DNA from: Gemmatimonadota bacterium
Lineage (GTDB): Bacteria > Gemmatimonadota > Gemmatimonadetes > Palauibacterales > Palauibacteraceae
Reading direction: 5' to 3'
Length of the DNA stretch: 64,000 bases
Assembly (NCBI GenBank): GCA_039584255.1
Contig: JBDGYE010000002.1
Coordinates: 1,917-65,916 of the forward strand
Below, piece after piece: positions 35,173-43,529 of this stretch. The notes beneath the pieces were generated by a model, which had not been told where the DNA came from, searched no databases, and was given only the letters and a program-made list of their open reading frames with translations. The position numbers were made by a program, and so were the translations under genes. Position 1 is the first letter of the stretch, and each line of letters starts with the position of its first letter.

Positions 35173-36333
35173 CTAGAAATGGAACTGGATCCGCGCTTTG
35201 AACGAGTTCTCCGAGCGCAGTGAGTCGCTCGTGGAATTCGCGAAATCCCAGTTCAGAGCCAGCTTGTTTCTCCTGTAGAAGAAGATCTGCAGCCCGGGCG
35301 TGAAGCCCCAGACTTCGTTCTTGTCAAAGTCTGTGTTCCCGTCGGCCCAGGTCACACGAAACACCGGTTCGAGGTCCATGTCGCCCGGACCGAAAGGAAA
35401 CTTCCACGACACGATCGCCTGCCAGGTCGCCATGCTGGCGAAATCATCCCCCGCCGGCAGGTCGATCTCGTCGTTGGCCTTGTTTCGCAGCGGATTGTCT
35501 CCGAACACGAACCCGAGCTGTGCGTGCAGGCCGTAACCGAAATCTCCCCACTCGGCGTACAGCTCGTAGTCGTAGTAGTACTTCGACTTGAGTCCCTCGG
35601 CGGCGGTCTCGTACGCGGCGTCGGTGGCCGCGGCAGCGCCGATGACCTTCAGTTTCTTCGGTCCGGCGTCGAATTCCAACTGGCCTCGACCCACGAACTG
35701 CTTCGAGGAGTTCGAGTCCTGGAACTTGAGATCCGAGTTCCCGGTGAACCCACCGACCCAGTACGTGAAGAGACCGCCATTCGTCGAGCCGCTCAGTTCG
35801 ACGCCGATATCGCGGTCAGCCAGATCGAAGAGGGTGGTGAATCCGGTCAGCGAGGGCGCGATGACCGTCTTCAGTCCTCGGATCGCTAGTTCCCTCTCCA
35901 CGGTCAGCGTCTGCGTCGACGAGATCAGAGTGAACTGGTCGAACGGACGTTTGAAGTGGCCGGCCTTCAGCCTGAACGCCGGGCTGAAGGTGAACCGGCC
36001 CCACGCGTCCTTGAGCCCGACTTTGTCGATCCTGTTGTAGTCGGGCTGGATCCGGAAGTCGATCTGATCATTGATCTGGACCGTCATCGTGATCCTGGCC
36101 CGCCGCAGGAAGAGGTCGGACGCCGGTACCTGCTCTTCGCATGCCGAGTCGTCCGGTACCGGGAACTCGCTGCAGCTGCTCGTCCCTGCCTGAACCTGCA
36201 CGCGGCCCGCGAACTGGATTCTGAGAGCCTCGGACTCGATGGTAAGCTGCTGATCTTCCTGAGCCCGTGCCGGTGAGGGGAGCGAACAAAGGGAAGCCAC
36301 CGCGAGTGCCGGAACGAGGCGGGTTCGTTTCAT
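35173..36333 (-). CDS. Porin, phosphate-selective porin O/P-like (second, divergent paralogue)
   Basis: ATG 36333 (MKRTRLVPALAVASLCSLPSPARAQED) follows GGAGG. LFLRRARITMTVQINDQIDFRIQPDY is typical of Porin_O_P. Ends ARIQFHF. The upstream 185 codons of the track ORF are rejected. Confidence 0.75.
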   Translation of the reverse strand: MKRTRLVPALAVASLCSLPSPARAQEDQQLTIESEALRIQFAGRVQVQAGTSSCSEFPVPDDSACEEQVPASDLFLRRARITMTVQINDQIDFRIQPDYNRIDKVGLKDAWGRFTFSPAFRLKAGHFKRPFDQFTLISSTQTLTVERELAIRGLKTVIAPSLTGFTTLFDLADRDIGVELSGSTNGGLFTYWVGGFTGNSDLKFQDSNSSKQFVGRGQLEFDAGPKKLKVIGAAAATDAAYETAAEGLKSKYYYDYELYAEWGDFGYGLHAQLGFVFGDNPLRNKANDEIDLPAGDDFASMATWQAIVSWKFPFGPGDMDLEPVFRVTWADGNTDFDKNEVWGFTPGLQIFFYRRNKLALNWDFANSTSDSLRSENSFKARIQFHF

Positions 36334-36400
36334 GATCGTTCTGCCTCCATAGTGGACCGGCATGCTCCTCGGAAAAGGCCTCTGCGCCTGCCAGGATGTG

Positions 36401-36559
36401 TTAAGCCGGGCCAGGAACGCGACTCCGGTGCTCCAGCCCCTTCCGGGTCTGGCACTCCGGCAGGGGGTGCAGGTCCATCGCGGTCCACGGGACGAAAGCG
36501 AGGAAGGGAAGGGCAAGCAAGACCGCCAGGACCAGGAGCACTCGCTCCGGGAGGCGCAT
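36401..36559 (-). CDS. Candidate 52-aa single-TM micro-protein between the regulator and the porin
   Basis: ATG 36559, stop TAA 36401. MRLPERVLLVLAVLLALPFLAFVPWTAMDLHPLPECQTRKGLEHRSRVPGPA. About 80 percent G/C at third positions. Only a weak, distant GGAG. Confidence 0.3.
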   Translation of the reverse strand: MRLPERVLLVLAVLLALPFLAFVPWTAMDLHPLPECQTRKGLEHRSRVPGPA

Positions 36560-36568
36560 GGCTGGATT

Positions 36569-37261
36569 CTACTCCAGCGGCTGGAATCGGTATCCCACGC
36601 CACGCACCGTCTTGAGCATCGTGCCTGCCTCACCCAGCTTTGCCCGAAGGCGGGCCACGTGCATGTCGACCGTGCGGGTCTCGATCTGGGCTTCGGTGTT
36701 CCACGCGGCCTGCAGGAGCTGGCGTCGCGTTTGAACGCGCCCCCGGCGCTCCAGAAACACCACCAGCAGGCGGTACTCCAGGGGCGTGAGATCCATCTCC
36801 TCGCCGTCCGCAAAAGCCTGGTGCGCCTCCTGGTCGACCTCGACGGGCCCCATCTTGAGCAGCCGCGACTGGCTGACGGGCTCCGCACGGCTGCGCCTCA
36901 GGAGAGCCTTGACGCGGAAGGTGAGCTCGCGCGCGCTGAACGGCTTGGTCACGTAGTCGTCCGCGCCGTACTCGAACCCCCGGATGCGCTCCTCCTCTTC
37001 ACGCCGCGCCGTGAGCAGGATGATCGGGACGCTGGTCGTCCGATCGTTTCGACGCAGCGTCTTCAGGACGTCGTACCCGTCGACGAGCGGAAGCATGAGG
37101 TCGAGTATTATGAGATCGGGTGGATCCTCGATGGCGGACGATATCGCCGACTGGCCGTTCACCGCCGTGCTGAGCCGAAAGCCGTCCCGGCTGAGCTGGT
37201 AGACCAGTATGCTGAGGATGTCGGGCTCGTCGTCAACGACGAGTATTCTCTCGTCGGCCAT
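36569..37261 (-). CDS. OmpR/PhoB-family response regulator (receiver plus winged-helix)
   Basis: VVDDEPD, LIILDLMLP (phospho-Asp), KPF, and C-terminal LTPLEYRLL...VRGVGYRF. Confidence 0.9.
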   Translation of the reverse strand: MADERILVVDDEPDILSILVYQLSRDGFRLSTAVNGQSAISSAIEDPPDLIILDLMLPLVDGYDVLKTLRRNDRTTSVPIILLTARREEEERIRGFEYGADDYVTKPFSARELTFRVKALLRRSRAEPVSQSRLLKMGPVEVDQEAHQAFADGEEMDLTPLEYRLLVVFLERRGRVQTRRQLLQAAWNTEAQIETRTVDMHVARLRAKLGEAGTMLKTVRGVGYRFQPLE

Positions 37262-37274
37262 GTACGGGGCGACT

Positions 37275-37568
37275 TCAGTCTCTCAGGGAGCGGAGCAGCT
37301 GGCGCAACGTGGATGCGGGAAGCTCCGTAGCCCTGCGGACCAGCGCATCCTCGGTCTCCTCGATCAGAATAGCCTGCGTGTCGTATCGGTTGTCGTTGTG
37401 TCGGAACGAGATCCGTCCCTTGCACAGGTCCGGAGCGGCACGCTCCGCGAGTACGACCAGAGTCCACCGCTCGTCACCGTCCACCAGCGTACCCAGCTCG
37501 ATCTCACGCGTCGAGGCGTCCCAGATGTGGAGCTGGGGTGGATCGCCATTGCCGTTCGGTTCGGTCAC
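37275..37568 (-). CDS. Hypothetical 97-aa protein
   Basis: GTG 37568 forms a GTGA overlap with the upstream ORF stop. High third-position GC. No recognisable domain. Confidence 0.5.
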   Translation of the reverse strand: MTEPNGNGDPPQLHIWDASTREIELGTLVDGDERWTLVVLAERAAPDLCKGRISFRHNDNRYDTQAILIEETEDALVRRATELPASTLRQLLRSLRD

Positions 37569-37942
37569 TGCTCTTCCAGCGGTCGGTCCTCCTCCGAGGG
37601 TACGGCCGTCTTCCACAGGCCGAGGAGGAACGGGTCGTAGCGGCCGGGATTCTCCACATACTCCGCCACCCACGTCTCCATGTCGGGAAGCGGCACGCTC
37701 TCCTGGAGCTTCCTGGTGACCAGCCGCATCATGCCCTGGAAGCTCAGCGAGCCCACGCTGAGCTCGGCCTCGCGGGCCGCCTCCTCCATGAGCTGGTAGG
37801 TGCGCTCGTCGGTCAAGGAGAGAAAGACCTCGGAGATGCGGGCGGAGCAGTAGTCCAGGTACTTGGCCCGGAGAATCGGATCGATCTCAGGCGCAGTGCC
37901 CGCAGCGGTGTCGTTTCGATCTCCGATCGAGTTCTCGCTCAC
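37565..37942 (-). CDS. Hypothetical 125-aa protein
   Basis: GTG start. Strongly G/C-biased third positions. Helical. No recognisable domain. Confidence 0.55.
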   Translation of the reverse strand: MSENSIGDRNDTAAGTAPEIDPILRAKYLDYCSARISEVFLSLTDERTYQLMEEAAREAELSVGSLSFQGMMRLVTRKLQESVPLPDMETWVAEYVENPGRYDPFLLGLWKTAVPSEEDRPLEEQ

Positions 37943-38029
37943 ATCCGCCCCAGCCTGCGGCTGTCCACATCAAACGAGGTGCCCCGGCCCGTTAGCGGAT
38001 GTAGCGACAGCCAGGAGGGCCGTCAAGCG

Positions 38030-38233
38030 TCAACAGGAGGGTGAGAGGTCGTTAGAGGGGCAGCGGCGAGCGCCTGTCGCGCGGTCCAATTCCTCATAGA
38101 TGACGCGACGTACGAGGCCGTATCGGATGACACTGCTCAAGTATTCCGGATCCCTGCGACGGATCTCCTCCGCCGACTCGGCGAGGACCGCGGGAAGCTG
38201 CAGGACGAAGTCTACCGGACGGGTGTCCAACAT
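38030..38233 (-). CDS. Hypothetical 67-aa protein, possible ribbon-helix-helix fold
   Basis: ATG 38233 is 8 nt after AAGGTG. Pattern of a short beta strand (VDFVLQL) plus two helices (AVLAESAEEIRRR; LSSVIRYGLVRRVIYEEL). Confidence 0.4.
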   Translation of the reverse strand: MLDTRPVDFVLQLPAVLAESAEEIRRRDPEYLSSVIRYGLVRRVIYEELDRATGARRCPSNDLSPSC

Positions 38234-38644
38234 GGGACGCGCACCTTGCTGAAAGCTGCGAAATTATCTGACCGTCGAGTGCGTAGGGGCCGTCGTGCCC
38301 GGCGGGGGACGCCCGGCCTCTACGGGTCCCCATCGGCGGAAGAGAGTCTAGAGCATCCAACGGATCGACGCAAGCCGTTCGAGCGGCCCGACTCGACATC
38401 ACGATTCCCATACCTCACTATTCGGCAGTCAGTTACGCGGAATGTCGAAAACCCGGCTATCACTGTGGATTACCTGTGAACACCTAGCGACGTAATGCTC
38501 CTCTGCTCGACGATTAGGGCGATTCCATAAGCCTTCTCTCAGACCCTGTCTCGAGGCCACAACCGCATCGTGCCAATCCAATGTTTTGAAAAAGGTAGGA
38601 ACTCCAGACTTTCCGTTCAGGTGCGTTACATCACCCGTAGAAGC

Positions 38645-38660
38645 GGGTCCTCCCGGACCC
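38645..38660 (-). terminator. Short hairpin after the M1 peptidase gene
   Basis: GGGTCC-tccc-GGACCC, 12 nt downstream of stop 38673. Confidence 0.35.
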
Positions 38661-38672
38661 TGGCGCATCAGG

Positions 38673-40607
38673 CTATCGGCGCCACCCGTTGTTGCTCCGG
38701 TCGTCATCCGGATAGACGCTCCGGGGGTCCAGCTGGGCGGCCACCAGCTCCCGGGCGCTGTCGAGCCGGTAGACGAAGTCGGGCCCCAGCTTCCACGTCT
38801 CCACGGGCAGCCGCACCGTCTCCTGCGAGCCGTCCGCGAACTCGAGGCGCATCTCGATCGGCATGACCATCGCTCCGCGGCTGCGGAGGTGAACCTCCGT
38901 GCGCTCCTCGTCCGGGTCTCGGACCACCCCCTCGATCGCCTGGTCGAGCCTGGCCGTGCTGTACAACCAGCCTCGCCAGAACCAGTCCAGGTCGGCCCCG
39001 GCGCCGTCCTCCATCGCCCGGAAGAAGTCCGCCGGATACGGGTGCTTGAAGGCCCAGGCGTTCGCGTACTCGGAGAACGCGCGATCGAACCGCTCCTTCC
39101 CCAGCACCTCGTACTGCAGGAGGTGGAGCATAAGGGCGGGCTTGAAGTAGCCGGCCCAGTAGAGGTCATGGTGCTCGTCGGGCGGCAGGGCCATGGCCTG
39201 CTCCTCACCAACCGTCGCGTGGGCCGCATACAGCTCCAGCGGCTGGCGCGAGACCGTATCCGCGTACTCCTCGCCGGCGAAGTACTCCTCGACCGAGCCG
39301 ATGTCGATGAAGGTGTTGAATCCTTCGTCCATCCAGACGTGGAGGCGCTCGTTGGAGTTCACGATCATCGGGAACCACTCGTGACCGAACTCGTGCGTGA
39401 GCACCCAGTACAGCTCCTCCCGGGTGGTCTCGGTGGGAACGAAGGTGAGCATCGGGTACTCCATCCCCTCGTTGGGTCCCTCAACGGTCGTCGCGTGCGG
39501 CCACGGGTAGGGGTAGATGCGCTCCGAGAAGTGCTTAATGGAGACCCATGACATCCGGTTCGCCTCCTCCCACAACACGGCTTCCGGACGGTAGAAGGTC
39601 TGGATCAGGATCCCGTTCCACGTGCTGGCATCCCACCGGAAGTCCGGAGCCATGGCGAAGGCGAAGTCCCTGACGTTCTCCGCCTCGAACCGCCACGTCT
39701 TCTCACCCGAGGCGCTCGAGCTCCGTGTCGCCAGGGCCTCCTCGCGGGTCACGATGGCCACGGCTTCCTCCGAGGTCGCGGCCCCGGCCAGGCGCTCTCG
39801 CTGGGCTCCGGCAAGGACCTCCTCGGGGTTCTGTATCGTTCCCGTAGCCGCCACCACGTATGCGGCCGGCACCGTGAGCTCCACCGCGAAATCGCCGAAC
39901 TCCTGATAGAACTCCCCGGCTCCCAGGAAGGGGTGGATGCTCCATCCCTCCACATCGTCGTAGACCGCCAGCCGGGGATACCACTGGGCGACCTGATACA
40001 GGGTCCCGTCCCGGCCCATGCGGCCGAAGCCGTACTCGGGCAGCGTCCACTGCCAGTCGACCTCCAGCTCGAACACGCCCCCCGAGGGCAGGGACTCGGG
40101 GAGATCCACCCGGACGATCGTGCTCTGGACCTCGTGCCGTAGCGGCGCGCCATCGATCGTCTCGACACGCGTCAGCGCCATCTCGCTTCCTCCGGTGCAG
40201 GAGAAGTCGAAGACGGCGTCGCCGAACAGGAGCGGCGGGACGTCGAGCACGGAGGTGATGCTCTCGGGATCGCACAGATTGGCGTCGAGCTTGAGCCACA
40301 GGTAAGCGAGGGCGTCCGGCGAATTGTTGGTGTAGCGGATCCGCTCCGAGCCCATCAGGAGCTGAGAGCCCGTGTCCACCGATGCCTCGATCGCGTAGTC
40401 GACCTGTTGCTGCCAGTAATCGGGCCCTGGCCGTCCGGCGCCTGTGCGCAGCGTGTTGGCCGCCGGCAGATTCAGCGGCCGGAACGGCGACCTGCTCGTC
40501 CAGCCGCGGGGGCTCTCCTGGGCCGCGGCCGGCTGCGGGAGCGTGAGGACCGCGAGAGCGGCGAGCAGACCGACCCTGGGAAGTGACACCGACCTCGGCA
40601 CGTTCAT
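38673..40607 (-). CDS. Secreted M1-family zinc metallopeptidase (aminopeptidase N-like)
   Basis: Signal peptide LLAALAVLTLPQPAAAQE. Gluzincin HEFGH plus WMDEGF. GGAGG SD. Confidence 0.88.
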   Translation of the reverse strand: MNVPRSVSLPRVGLLAALAVLTLPQPAAAQESPRGWTSRSPFRPLNLPAANTLRTGAGRPGPDYWQQQVDYAIEASVDTGSQLLMGSERIRYTNNSPDALAYLWLKLDANLCDPESITSVLDVPPLLFGDAVFDFSCTGGSEMALTRVETIDGAPLRHEVQSTIVRVDLPESLPSGGVFELEVDWQWTLPEYGFGRMGRDGTLYQVAQWYPRLAVYDDVEGWSIHPFLGAGEFYQEFGDFAVELTVPAAYVVAATGTIQNPEEVLAGAQRERLAGAATSEEAVAIVTREEALATRSSSASGEKTWRFEAENVRDFAFAMAPDFRWDASTWNGILIQTFYRPEAVLWEEANRMSWVSIKHFSERIYPYPWPHATTVEGPNEGMEYPMLTFVPTETTREELYWVLTHEFGHEWFPMIVNSNERLHVWMDEGFNTFIDIGSVEEYFAGEEYADTVSRQPLELYAAHATVGEEQAMALPPDEHHDLYWAGYFKPALMLHLLQYEVLGKERFDRAFSEYANAWAFKHPYPADFFRAMEDGAGADLDWFWRGWLYSTARLDQAIEGVVRDPDEERTEVHLRSRGAMVMPIEMRLEFADGSQETVRLPVETWKLGPDFVYRLDSARELVAAQLDPRSVYPDDDRSNNGWRR

Positions 40608-40836
40608 CCTGACCTCCTGGCCTCAGGACCTGGCGAAGGTGCACGCAAGGAGTCGCTGCGTCCGATGCCCGAACCGTCCTGGCGAGCGGGGTCGAAACGG
40701 TGGAATGCCGCGGAATCAGCTCGCCGCGGCCGCCCGGGCGTAGACACAATAGACGGTTCGAGCTTCCCGGCCTCAAGTGGGCTCGAAACCGACCCCGCGT
40801 TGCTCGTCCCGAGGCCGTGCTCGTAACGTCCCACCT

Positions 40837-42363
40837 ATGTCCAGGAACCGCGGCATCCGCTGGAAGAGTCTGGCGGTCGGGATCGCCATGCTCGCCGTAG
40901 GGCTCCTCGCGGCCGGCCACTTTCCCACCAACGGCGAGCATTACGGCTTCTGGTCCGTGGTCCCTCCGGTCGTGGCCCTCGTCCTGGCCTTCACCCTGCG
41001 GGACGTGATCTCGGCTCTCTTCATCGGGATCGTTCTGGGCGGCATCATCTCGGGCAAGCTCAACATCGTCCAGGAGTTCCTGATTCCGTCGGTGGGATCG
41101 CCCTCGTATGGCCTCATCCTGCTGGTCTATCTGTGGGCCCTGGGCGGACTCATCGGACTCTGGACACGGACCGGAGGGGCGATGCGCTTTGCCGACTGGG
41201 CGGGGGCCAGGGTCGCCCGCGGCCCTCGGTCGGCGAAGTTCTTCGCCTGGATGATGGGGATCATCTTTCACCAGGGCGGCACGATCAGCGCCGTGCTGAC
41301 GGGCGCGACCGTGAGACCGGTGTCCGACCGGCACCGGGTGTCGCACGAGGAGCTGTCCTACATCGTCGATTCCACCGCCTCTCCCGCGGCGACCGTGATC
41401 CCGTTCAACGTCTGGCCGATCTACGTCGGAGGGCTCGTTGCGGGGACGGTGCCCGTGATCGCGACGCAGCAGGAGGGCATCGGCTTCTTCTTCCGCGCGA
41501 TCCCGCTGAACTTCTACGCCATCTTCGCCGTTCTCTTCACCCTGCTGTTCGCGTGGGAGAAGCTCCCCCTCCTTCCGGGCAGGCGCATGCGGGCGGCCAT
41601 GACCCGGACGCGGGCAACCGGCCGGCTCGACCGCGAGGGCGCCGAGCCCCTGGCCGCCGAGGAGCTGACGCTGCTCAGGATGCCGGAGGGCTATGAACCC
41701 GGTCTCATCGACTTCTTCGGACCAATCGGCACCCTCATCGGCGTGGCCGTGGTGCCGTACCTCTACACGTTTTACATCCAGGGCAACCGGGAGTCGCCGT
41801 CGCTTCCCATCGCCGAGGCCTTCGTCCTGGCGGTGCTTGTGGGAATGGCCATCGCGCTGGCCAGGGGAATGAAGCTACACGACGTGATCGACGGGTTTGT
41901 CTCCGGCTGCAAGGGCGTGACGATCGGGGCGATTGTGCTCGCGCTCGCGGTGACGCTGAAAGCGGTGGCCGACGCCGTCGGCACGGCTCCGTACGTCGTG
42001 CAGACGATGGGCGAATGGATCAGCCCGGTGGCCCTGCCGGCGGTGCTGCTCCTGTTGTCGATGTTCGTAGCCTTCTCGACCGGTACCTCCTGGGGGACGT
42101 ACGCGGTCATCTTCCCCGTGGCCATGCCCCTCGCCTGGGCGGTGTACTCCGACCCGACCTTCCTCACCCTGTGCTTCGCCGCGGTGACCGGAGGCAGCGT
42201 GTTCGGCGACCAGTGCTCGCCCATATCCGACACCACGATCCTGTCTTCCCTGGCTACCGGCTGCGACCTGATGGATCACGTCTTCACGCAGCTTCCGATG
42301 GCCCTGGCAGCGGCAGGCGCAGCGGCGCTGCTCTACACGGCGATCACCTGGGTCGTCATCTGA
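40837..42363 (+). CDS. Na+/H+ antiporter NhaC-family transporter
   Basis: Multi-TM protein. HQGGTISAVLTGATVRPVSDRHRVSHEELSYIVDSTASP is typical of the NhaC family. Start reset to ATG 40837. Confidence 0.8.
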   Translation: MSRNRGIRWKSLAVGIAMLAVGLLAAGHFPTNGEHYGFWSVVPPVVALVLAFTLRDVISALFIGIVLGGIISGKLNIVQEFLIPSVGSPSYGLILLVYLWALGGLIGLWTRTGGAMRFADWAGARVARGPRSAKFFAWMMGIIFHQGGTISAVLTGATVRPVSDRHRVSHEELSYIVDSTASPAATVIPFNVWPIYVGGLVAGTVPVIATQQEGIGFFFRAIPLNFYAIFAVLFTLLFAWEKLPLLPGRRMRAAMTRTRATGRLDREGAEPLAAEELTLLRMPEGYEPGLIDFFGPIGTLIGVAVVPYLYTFYIQGNRESPSLPIAEAFVLAVLVGMAIALARGMKLHDVIDGFVSGCKGVTIGAIVLALAVTLKAVADAVGTAPYVVQTMGEWISPVALPAVLLLLSMFVAFSTGTSWGTYAVIFPVAMPLAWAVYSDPTFLTLCFAAVTGGSVFGDQCSPISDTTILSSLATGCDLMDHVFTQLPMALAAAGAAALLYTAITWVVI

Positions 42364-42496
42364 GGCTGCCTTCAGGGACGGCAGCGCCACCTTCCGGCAG
42401 CGCTGGAGCGGGTCGAACCCCTGGCGCGTTCCTCCGTGACAACAGGAAGGCCGGAACGTACGTTCGGGGCGGACGGAAGCAGCGAGGGAGGATTCA

Positions 42497-43300
42497 TTGA
42501 GTGAAGGCGGCGCCAACTCGGCGCTCATCTTGGGCGCGTCCAGCGGATTCGGCGAGGCGGCGTCCCGCGAGTTCGCCAGGGCCGGGTATGACATCTTCGG
42601 TGTCCACCTCGATCGCCGGGCCGGCCTCAAGAGGGTGGAGGCGATCAAGACGGACATCGAGGGCGCCGGGGCCCACGCGACTTTCTTCAACATCAACGCC
42701 GCCAGCGTGGAGAAGCGCGACGCGGCGCTGGACAGCATGGCCGAGGTTGCTCCCAAGGGATCCGTCAGGGTCCTTCTTCACTCGCTGGCCTTCGGGACGC
42801 TCCGTCCGTTCGTGGCGGCGGATGCCTCCGGCTCGGTGACGCCGGAGCAGATGGACATGACGCTGACCGTGATGGCGCACACGTTGGTGTACTGGGCGCA
42901 GGGTCTGGTACACCGGGGCCTCATGGGACACGGCGGACGCGTCTTGGCCATGACGAGCTCCGGCGGGGATCGGGTGATCCCCAGCTACGGTGTGGTCTCC
43001 GCAGCGAAGGCCGCTCTCGAGTCGCACTGCCGTCAGCTCGCGCTGGAGCTGGCACCTCACGGAATCACCGCCAACGCGATTCGAGCCGGAGTAACCGACA
43101 CGCCCGCGCTCCGCAAGATCCCCGGGGCCGACCAGATGATCGAGGAAGCCAGGCAGCACAACCCTCACGGGCGCCTGACCACGCCGGAGGACGTCGCGCG
43201 GTGTCTGGTGGCCCTCGCCGACGAGGGAACGGCCTGGATGACCGGGAACACGATCCGCGTGGACGGAGGAGAGGACTTCGTCGGCTCCATGCCGTCCTGA
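42497..43300 (+). CDS. SDR-family oxidoreductase, FabL-like enoyl-ACP reductase
   Basis: TTG start after GGGAGG. LGASSGFG Rossmann motif. YGVVSAAKAALE (YxxxK). C-terminal half resembles Bacillus FabL (TDTPALRKIPG...ARQHNPHGRL...GNTIRVDGG). Confidence 0.8.
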   Translation: MSEGGANSALILGASSGFGEAASREFARAGYDIFGVHLDRRAGLKRVEAIKTDIEGAGAHATFFNINAASVEKRDAALDSMAEVAPKGSVRVLLHSLAFGTLRPFVAADASGSVTPEQMDMTLTVMAHTLVYWAQGLVHRGLMGHGGRVLAMTSSGGDRVIPSYGVVSAAKAALESHCRQLALELAPHGITANAIRAGVTDTPALRKIPGADQMIEEARQHNPHGRLTTPEDVARCLVALADEGTAWMTGNTIRVDGGEDFVGSMPS

Positions 43301-43316
43301 GTCGCTGGAAGGAACG

Positions 43317-43529
43317 ATGGCCGAGAAGAAGAGAGGAATCGCCCGGATCACAGACTACCTGGTCCGCGACCGGGCCCGGGCCGTCCGCGACGAGATCACG
43401 CGTCCGTGGCGGAGGGGCGAGCAAACGCCGGAGGCCGAGGTGGGGCGCTGGCTCGGACTCGGCCTGGCGCTGGGCGCGATCCTGGTGGGAGCCGGGCTCG
43501 CCCTGTTCACGACCCTGCGCGAGGAGTGA
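43317..43529 (+). CDS. Small C-terminally membrane-anchored protein (70 aa)
   Basis: ATG after GGAAGG. Basic N-terminal half, then WLGLGLALGAILVGAGLALFTTL. Its stop overlaps the next start (GTGA). Confidence 0.45.
   Translation: MAEKKRGIARITDYLVRDRARAVRDEITRPWRRGEQTPEAEVGRWLGLGLALGAILVGAGLALFTTLREE

Noticed and set aside
33117-36568. Pho boxes (CTGTCAT-type direct repeats) near the porin and regulator genes.
   Set aside because: None recognisable by eye, so the phosphate-regulon link remains contextual only.
36334-36888. N-terminal 185 codons of track ORF 35173-36888.
   Set aside because: The porin has a signal peptide directly after the internal ATG 36333 with GGAGG upstream. The extension overlaps the response-regulator gene in another frame and is Arg/Ser/Trp/Cys-rich.
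38246-38479. 77-aa plus-strand ORF in the AT-rich intergenic island.
   Set aside because: No SD, atypical codon usage for this genome and an Arg-rich low-complexity start. It is more likely non-coding. The region is reported as a finding instead.
40750-40775. GGTTCGAGC resembling a tRNA T-loop.
   Set aside because: The flanks cannot form acceptor or anticodon stems. It lies in the divergent peptidase/nhaC promoter region.
39703-41346. 547-aa minus-strand ORF spanning the peptidase 5' part, the intergenic region and the nhaC 5' part.
   Set aside because: It crosses a divergent promoter region and two supported genes. Shadow composition.
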